Under the pieces are notes generated by a model. It did not search any database, was not told where the DNA came from, and saw only the letters and a program-made list of their open reading frames with translations. Position numbers and translations under genes: made by a program. This document shows positions 46,301-52,155 of a stretch of 52,155 nt of DNA, piece after piece. Every line of letters begins with the position of its first letter. Within the stretch, counting starts at the first letter, position 1. The stretch lies in IMG/VR virus record IMGVR_UViG_3300043411_001021, positions 1 through 52,155 of that record. One strand, given 5' to 3'. Source of the DNA: a virus. Lineage: Duplodnaviria; Caudoviricetes.

Positions 46301-46627
46301 TTAAGACTTCGAAGGTTCTTTTGAGAACTCCTCACCCAACCATTTCACGATATCTTCTAATATCGACATTGGTAGTGTGTTTCCAGATTCGTATAAAACT
46401 TTATGTAATTTATCTTTATCTTCTTTAGATTCAACAACAGAGTCAAGAAACTTATAATAAAATAAAAAATCTCCCTCAGTAGTGCTGTCCATAAATTCTG
46501 CGTAAGTACCCGTTGCGATAAATGGAACACATTTAAATGATTCTCCACCTAATCGAAATGTAGGGCCTTCACCTTTTTCTTCTCTAATTGCTGCAACTTT
46601 TTGATCAAAGTCTTTTATTTCTGACAT
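46301..46627 (-). CDS. Tail assembly chaperone
   Basis: Position; F.LGGE.F.C.P and IVKWL.EEF..EP pattern. Confidence 0.75.
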   Translation of the reverse strand: MSEIKDFDQKVAAIREEKGEGPTFRLGGESFKCVPFIATGTYAEFMDSTTEGDFLFYYKFLDSVVESKEDKDKLHKVLYESGNTLPMSILEDIVKWLGEEFSKEPSKS

Positions 46628-46635
46628 TTTTTCCT

Positions 46636-47154
46636 TTAGTAATCTAAGAAGCTATAAGGTTTACTTATAGCTTTGTAAACGGATCTACCAGCTACTCTGG
46701 AAGTCGCTCTACCTAATGTGTCCGTAATCGCATCTTTTAACATATGTCCTGGTAAAATCCCTCGGCCCCAACCTGTTTTCGAAGTTCCAAATTCATGAAA
46801 CTCAAAAATAGGGGATGAAGACCCAACTCGTATTTCTGGAGCACCTCCAGTAATCCTGTCTTTTACAACAAAACTATTAGCTAGTTTCCCTGTTTTGTAT
46901 CTTCCAGCCCCGCCAGAAAAACCTTTTATACCTCTAACACCTTTACCTCCAAGTAGTCCAGAACTATCTTTCCTATTTTTTTTATTGTATGGGGCTGCTT
47001 GATTGTTTCGCGCAGTCATGGTGTTCTCTTTAGCTTGTTTAGCTACTCGGTTACCTTCTTTTTTCATAGTTGGTACTAGTTTGTTACCTCTAGAACGACC
47101 TTGAAGAATATCATCTTGTACTCTCTTATCAATCTTAAAGTTAACAAATGCCAT
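46636..47154 (-). CDS. HK97 gp10-like neck/tail completion protein
   Basis: Basic protein; TGKLANS, FHEFGT, P.HMLKDA. Confidence 0.7.
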   Translation of the reverse strand: MAFVNFKIDKRVQDDILQGRSRGNKLVPTMKKEGNRVAKQAKENTMTARNNQAAPYNKKNRKDSSGLLGGKGVRGIKGFSGGAGRYKTGKLANSFVVKDRITGGAPEIRVGSSSPIFEFHEFGTSKTGWGRGILPGHMLKDAITDTLGRATSRVAGRSVYKAISKPYSFLDY

Positions 47155-47155
47155 A

Positions 47156-47404
47156 TTAGTCTAGTTTATCAGATTTTAGAGGGGTTGAGGTGTTCTTATC
47201 CTTATTAGTATCTAATAATACTGTTTTGGTATGTTCAACTTTATTTTTTTTCGTTCCTTTTTCTTTTTGAATTTTTGGCTTATCCTCTAAAGGCACTAAA
47301 AATCCATTTGTGAAGAATGATTCTGGTAGGTCATTGTTTTCAGGTATTTCGACAATTTCCCCAGGTATGAACCCCAAAAAATTTACTGTTGCTTTATATT
47401 TCAT
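47156..47404 (-). CDS. Hypothetical Lys-rich virion-region protein
   Basis: ORF with SD AGGAG. Confidence 0.65.
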   Translation of the reverse strand: MKYKATVNFLGFIPGEIVEIPENNDLPESFFTNGFLVPLEDKPKIQKEKGTKKNKVEHTKTVLLDTNKDKNTSTPLKSDKLD

Positions 47405-47419
47405 TATTTCTCCTATATA

Positions 47420-47908
47420 TTATGTGAGTTCTAGTGCCATTGATATATCCCAGCCAGCACATTGGCCTAGTTCTTCAACTACTTGTGCATAAGGGGGTGT
47501 GCTAAATGTACATTCCCATGAAGGTATAAAATTACCTGCTTTTCTTGCACATAAAATAGCGTTAATAATTCGACAAGCATTTTGTGAAGATTTTTTGGCG
47601 TATGTGTTAATTTCAGTGCCACTTGGAGGGCTGCCATCAGATTTAAGAGGAGGTGTACATTCACGTAAAGCTATTACTATTTCAATTGTGTAGACATAGA
47701 CACCGAAGTCTCGATTCTCGTCAATACCAAAAGATGGGGTTATCCCCGATGTGTATGCGACTAGTAATCCGCAACAATCTTCCGCAGGTGGTTCTAGTGC
47801 CACATAAGAATCATAAGATTGTAATTCTTTATTTGTAAATGCGCTACGAGCTACATTAAGCACCGCATTACAAGCGTCATATGGTGCATCAGGATGTAAA
47901 TTACTCAT
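47420..47908 (-). CDS. Tail terminator-like protein
   Basis: Cys-rich, CCGLL...LRECTP...GQCAGW; next to the major tail gene; start at MSNLHP. Confidence 0.55.
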   Translation of the reverse strand: MSNLHPDAPYDACNAVLNVARSAFTNKELQSYDSYVALEPPAEDCCGLLVAYTSGITPSFGIDENRDFGVYVYTIEIVIALRECTPPLKSDGSPPSGTEINTYAKKSSQNACRIINAILCARKAGNFIPSWECTFSTPPYAQVVEELGQCAGWDISMALELT

Positions 47909-47980
47909 TATATACAATAATACCACAAACTGAAGCTTGTGGTATTACCGAATTTTATATTTTTTATTTTAATTATATAT

Positions 47981-48676
47981 TTAGCTACTTGATGGTGCTG
48001 GTACTGTCACATATCCACAAGAAGTTGAAGGAGGGCCACTAACGTCACCAAAGATGTGTCTAGGTGAAGTTGGATCTAATGGTCCAGAAACTGGGTAGTC
48101 ATTGAAAGGTCCTACAGATGTTATAGCAGGGTTAGCAAATCCATATCCAGAAAGCTTAACACTGTGTATATCATTACCATACTCTGTATCATCTCTTGTA
48201 AGGAATACTCTTGGAAGTACAGTTCTAAACCAGCCAAAGCCAGCTCCTGCAGTTACTTCACAGTCACTTGAACCGTTAATAGTTTTTTCCCAAACTTCAA
48301 GGTATGCGCCATAACCTCTAGCAGCATTGATACCTGGATCAGAAATACCTACAACAGTAGGTGAAGATTCGTTATCAAGGATTAATGCGCCATCAGTTAA
48401 AAGCTCTAAAGCTTCGAAGTCGTAGCCTGTCATTTCAAGAGTTACATTAAGGTTCTTTGTACGATCACTGTCGCGCAAATAATGAGCTATGTCTCCACAG
48501 CCATTCTTTAATTGATATTCTTGACCTGACTCTTTTTCAGTGGTCACATTGAGTGACATGAGGCCAGAAGATGCGAAACCGCCAGTGACACCTGGAACGA
48601 CTTTACAGTCAGCTCCCAGACGTGCTGCTCGGATTACACAAAGCTTGAACGGTGCATAGCATGCATATTGTGACAT
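47981..48676 (-). CDS. Major tail protein
   Basis: IRAARL..DC, ESGQEYQLKNGCG pattern of actinophage tail tube proteins; strong SD AGGAG. Confidence 0.75.
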   Translation of the reverse strand: MSQYACYAPFKLCVIRAARLGADCKVVPGVTGGFASSGLMSLNVTTEKESGQEYQLKNGCGDIAHYLRDSDRTKNLNVTLEMTGYDFEALELLTDGALILDNESSPTVVGISDPGINAARGYGAYLEVWEKTINGSSDCEVTAGAGFGWFRTVLPRVFLTRDDTEYGNDIHSVKLSGYGFANPAITSVGPFNDYPVSGPLDPTSPRHIFGDVSGPPSTSCGYVTVPAPSSS

Positions 48677-48741
48677 TAAAAACTCCTAAAATGATATTTG
48701 TACTACTTTACCATCATTTAAGGCGATTTATACCATTTCTG

Positions 48742-48876
48742 CTATTTTTTCTTTGTTTCATCCTTAGATACTTTTTTTGTAGCGTCTTCAGCTACTTTTT
48801 TATCCTGTTTTTCAGTATTTTCCATACCTTCTGTGTTACCAATGTGGTAACCGTTTTCATCTAATAAATCTGCCAT
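48742..48876 (-). CDS. Small charged protein (44 aa)
   Basis: MADLLDENGYHIG...KDETKKK*; TAATG coupling. Confidence 0.5.
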   Translation of the reverse strand: MADLLDENGYHIGNTEGMENTEKQDKKVAEDATKKVSKDETKKK

Positions 48877-49613
48877 TAAGTATTTTTCCTTCTCACTTTG
48901 GCAGTCTTTCCTGGTTGTATTACGAAAGACTGTATTCTTGTTTTAGTTGGGTTGTATGTTTGGATAAATGTATCTACAACACTTATCCCTATAAAGTCTT
49001 TTGTCAGTATGTCATAATCCCTAATAGTTAATGAAGTACCCCGTCGTGTGATATGTGTCACACGATCTGAGATTCCACACTCTTTTTTCATCATACCGTC
49101 TAGTATTTCAGAGGCCATGTGCTTTACAGCTTCTTTGCCAGCATCTGGGGGAGTAATTCCATACTTAAAAGTGATGACAACTTCTTGAAAATCTTGCCCA
49201 CTTTGGGTTGGCCATCTACCATCTAATTTTTCTATATATCGGTACTCATTTATTTGAAAATTTGGTGTTGATATAAAGGCATCATTTATGTCTCTAGCAG
49301 GTAATTGTTCTACACCATCAAACTTAATACTTCTTAAATCTGTAATAGGCCAATAACCAATAGATATTTCATTTTCAGAACCACAACGATCAGCTTGTAC
49401 AGTGTTGGTGCAATTTTCTTTACACACAGTTACTGTCTGTTCACGTATCCCACGAAATTGTCTTCCTGATAGTATGTACAGTGTGTTTGATGCAATATTT
49501 AAAGCGTAAGCAATGTCAGTGGTAGATATGTTCTCGTCCTCACCACCATAACAATTCAAAAATTCATCTACAGTTACCCACGGAGAATGTAGTCCTGGAT
49601 TATATTCTCCCAT
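48876..49613 (-). CDS. Head-to-tail adaptor
   Basis: ASNTLYILSGRQF, TFKYGITPP, RVTHITRRG, VDTFIQTYNP. Confidence 0.78.
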   Translation of the reverse strand: MGEYNPGLHSPWVTVDEFLNCYGGEDENISTTDIAYALNIASNTLYILSGRQFRGIREQTVTVCKENCTNTVQADRCGSENEISIGYWPITDLRSIKFDGVEQLPARDINDAFISTPNFQINEYRYIEKLDGRWPTQSGQDFQEVVITFKYGITPPDAGKEAVKHMASEILDGMMKKECGISDRVTHITRRGTSLTIRDYDILTKDFIGISVVDTFIQTYNPTKTRIQSFVIQPGKTAKVRRKNT

Positions 49614-49658
49614 TTAAGCTCCCATAAAATTTATTAATGGTTTAATTGTACCATAATT

Positions 49659-50360
49659 CTACTCATAATGGCTTTTGTCTGGAAACAAATCCTTAAGATG
49701 TTGCAGTAAAAAACCCGTAGGGCCTACACCAGCAGACGATGTATATCGTTTACCTTTAATCCAACTTAACCTATTTTGATATGTGTCACGCACTTTTACG
49801 TCATTCATGTGTTGACCACCAATACTATAATAATTTCCATAGTAGGACCTCACATTAAATATAGGAGCTTGTATTGCGTGGCTATCATTTAACTCTAGTA
49901 AGTAGCGAAGTTTTTCTTTATTAAATATCATAGGTATATGCAATTCATAAGAATACTTCCTGTCAATCCCTAACGAATCTAAGCATCTAGCAGTGTCCTC
50001 AAGACCCTCAACATATAACTTACTTCCCTGCTCTCTATAAAAATCAATTAAAATAGATAGGTCCCCCCTGTGTTGAGGATACACCTCGTCAATTTCTCGC
50101 ATGATGTAATTGTCATCATCCATATACATAAAATCTTCGGATATCTCATTATTTTTTGATGCATAGTACATATTTCTAGTAATATTTTGAAATTTATTAA
50201 ATGTGCGTTGCATGCGCTCAATATGAATAACATTCTTTACCCATTTTGGTTTGTGCCCAACAATGTAAACATTGTCGTGCTTTATATTTTTTAAAGATCT
50301 TAAAGAATAACGAAGGGCCTCATTATTATCACCTTCACGTACAACATAAACTATATCCAT
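49659..50360 (-). CDS. Stealth-like / glycosyltransferase-like protein
   Basis: DIVYV, EALRYSLRSL, KPKWV, FMYMDDD, YELHIPM, RSYYGN. Confidence 0.7.
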   Translation of the reverse strand: MDIVYVVREGDNNEALRYSLRSLKNIKHDNVYIVGHKPKWVKNVIHIERMQRTFNKFQNITRNMYYASKNNEISEDFMYMDDDNYIMREIDEVYPQHRGDLSILIDFYREQGSKLYVEGLEDTARCLDSLGIDRKYSYELHIPMIFNKEKLRYLLELNDSHAIQAPIFNVRSYYGNYYSIGGQHMNDVKVRDTYQNRLSWIKGKRYTSSAGVGPTGFLLQHLKDLFPDKSHYE

Positions 50361-50399
50361 AATATGTGTATATTATATCATATACTGAAAGTTTTTATT

Positions 50400-50681
50400 T
50401 CACCATGTCGAAATACTCACCCTTTTCCATACATTACTATTTACGCAAACATAAATATAGTTTGTATCGTATGCCACCTGACCTTTGATACCAGTATCAG
50501 TAGCACTGCTAGGCGTTCGATTAGTAATGATTGGCACGAACTTAGTGCCGTTATGGATATAGACCTCGCCTGTGTCAGTAGCGTAAAGTGGTTCACCAGT
50601 CGCTCCGCTGTTGTGCTCAATATTCGCAGCCACCCCTCTAAAGAACCTGATTCGATAGTCTGAGCGATTTAACTTACTCAT
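50400..50681 (-). CDS. Short fibre-like virion protein
   Basis: GEPLYATDTGEVYI and GQVAYDTNYIYVCV..NVWKR fibre modules. Confidence 0.6.
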   Translation of the reverse strand: MSKLNRSDYRIRFFRGVAANIEHNSGATGEPLYATDTGEVYIHNGTKFVPIITNRTPSSATDTGIKGQVAYDTNYIYVCVNSNVWKRVSISTW

Positions 50682-51541
50682 AGGATTTGACCTGCCTCAA
50701 TCAGCGGGCTCATTGGTCTCAGATTGAAGTTCGCAGTATTAACGTCAACAAATAACGGGTCGACGGTCAAATTATTTATACCGCTCGGCAAGCTGTCAAC
50801 TAGATACGCGTCGTTGTTTTCATATATCGGCGCTATTGCTGGCGTGTTAAACAGCGTCGCTACTCCTGAGCCATTGTAAAAGATATTGTTTTTAATGGTG
50901 CAGTTCGTTCCTCCCATTCCGCCTAATATTGACTTAACGGCGCTGTTTCCGTAAGCGGGCGCTTTCGTATGAAACAAATTGTTTACTAGTGTGACGTTGC
51001 CAGATTGGATGTTGATAAATGATGATGTCTCGGTCGTCAAATACTGTTCTATATTAAAGAATTTGCAGCGGTCTAGAATAAAAGTACCGCCGCTTTTTTC
51101 GTATATCGAGTAGTTACTTGCTACAATTCCGCCTCGCGCGAAACCTGGTCTTGCTTTGATTGCGCTATCTCTTACTACTACTTTTGTTAGTGTTAATATA
51201 ATTCCGTTAGCATATTGTCCAAATACATTGTCCGTGTTGAAGCTTCCCCTAAAGTTGCGGTATTCGATATTTTCAAAAGTCATATCAGCTGTTATTGGTT
51301 GGCTACTCCCTGTATTATGGCAATCGAAAATAGCCGTTGACTGAGCCTCACAGGTTACAGTAATATTTTTGTTAAACTGTGTATATCCGTTAGTATAATC
51401 ATAAGTACCATTCTTGCAAAAAACAGTGTCGCCAGCTGTCGCTGCCGTAATGGCTTTAGTCAATGTAAGATATGGCGCGCCTGTTGTGCCTGTTCCCGTT
51501 GTGTCGTTTCCCGTTGGTGCTATGTATATAGTACTTGCCAT
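50678..51541 (-). CDS. Right-handed parallel beta-helix (pectin-lyase-like) protein
   Basis: IYIAPTGND..G.GT...PY.TL..A, GDTV..KNGTY, NNIFY, DPLFVD....NFNL...SPLIEAG. Confidence 0.78.
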   Translation of the reverse strand: MASTIYIAPTGNDTTGTGTTGAPYLTLTKAITAATAGDTVFCKNGTYDYTNGYTQFNKNITVTCEAQSTAIFDCHNTGSSQPITADMTFENIEYRNFRGSFNTDNVFGQYANGIILTLTKVVVRDSAIKARPGFARGGIVASNYSIYEKSGGTFILDRCKFFNIEQYLTTETSSFINIQSGNVTLVNNLFHTKAPAYGNSAVKSILGGMGGTNCTIKNNIFYNGSGVATLFNTPAIAPIYENNDAYLVDSLPSGINNLTVDPLFVDVNTANFNLRPMSPLIEAGQIL

Positions 51542-51542
51542 T

Positions 51543-51722
51543 TTATTCCCCGATATTTTCTAAGGCTGTTTGCAACTCTGATATTTTCGATTCTAGTTTT
51601 TCAATCTCTAGGTTTATTTGAAACCTCTCTATTTTTTTGTTATCTGCTTCGCTCAATTCTATAGCTCGTAACTGTTCCAAGTTGTTTTCGCTGATTTCAA
51701 TGGTTATTTCTTGCTGTGACAT
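51543..51722 (-). CDS. Small coiled-coil protein (59 aa)
   Basis: Manual translation MSQQEITIEIS...LEIEKLESKISELQTALENIGE*; SD AAGGA. Confidence 0.6.
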   Translation of the reverse strand: MSQQEITIEISENNLEQLRAIELSEADNKKIERFQINLEIEKLESKISELQTALENIGE

Positions 51723-51744
51723 AATTTCCTTCTTCCTTATTTAA

Positions 51745-52155
51745 TTAAAAAGTTCCGCCATCTAGCTCTAGCTTGGCTGCTAGTGGACCAATAGACATCG
51801 CATATTGTTGCACCAATGGATTGCCGCTAGCATCAGTCAGTAATGAGTTGCCGATGGTGGCATACATCTGTGTATTCTTCTGCGTGTGGGTAAGTGCTGG
51901 CAACGCATCAAATGCAATAAACTCATGCCAGGCTTCATTATAGTATATTTGTGCTTTTACTGGTGAGCTAGAATGGTCAATTCGTATCCCTCCATCTTCA
52001 GTTCTAGATGAACCTTCCAATACTAGGTTGGCAATATTGTTGTCAGTAATAGAATTGTCGTTATAGCCTAGCTTATCGTTGTTCCGCATTGGTCCGATGT
52101 CTGGATTAGCTGATGTCTCAGATAGTGGCAAGCTGGCTTTATTCCAGTTAGTACC
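51745..52155 (-). CDS. Virion-associated protein, 5'-truncated by the window edge
   Basis: Frame is open to 52155; ends LDGGTF. Confidence 0.6.
   Translation of the reverse strand, partial: GTNWNKASLPLSETSANPDIGPMRNNDKLGYNDNSITDNNIANLVLEGSSRTEDGGIRIDHSSSPVKAQIYYNEAWHEFIAFDALPALTHTQKNTQMYATIGNSLLTDASGNPLVQQYAMSIGPLAAKLELDGGTF

Larger units (their letters stand above)
1..52155. mobile_element. Tailed dsDNA bacteriophage genome segment (siphovirus-like, probable Actinomycetota host)
   Basis: Tape measure, tail, lysis, PolA, helicase, HNH and tRNA genes; dense small ORFs; no host housekeeping operons. Confidence 0.95.

Noticed and set aside
30678-51344. Plus-strand ORFs overlapping the structural genes
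   Set aside because: Antisense shadows of well-supported minus-strand genes, with no recognisable motifs

Overview
A 52 kb segment of an AT-rich, long-tailed (siphovirus-type) dsDNA phage genome. An Actinomycetota host is inferred from an Rpf-type transglycosylase, an r1t-type holin, Cys-rich tail proteins and many leaderless genes. From left to right it holds: a chain of in-frame gene cassettes joined by a conserved SD-stop-start motif, including a DNA methyltransferase; an RNA repair module (Rnl1, PNKP, RlaP-like nucleotidyltransferase); an orphan PRS/Adps-like gene; replication and recombination genes (AAA_24, DUF669 SSB, dNMP kinase, PD-(D/E)XK exonuclease, SNF2 helicase, RuvC-like resolvase, PolA, two HNH-AP2 endonucleases); a secreted Rpf; three tRNAs preceded by a circularly permuted tRNA-like (YrlA-like) RNA; an amino-sugar/glycosylation operon followed by a Tad1-family anti-defence sponge; several candidate small RNAs; GroES, thioredoxin and an SLT-like protein; and the minus-strand lysis and tail/neck module. 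No capsid, terminase, primase or integrase genes were seen in the window. All calls come from motif recognition by eye; no database searches were run.
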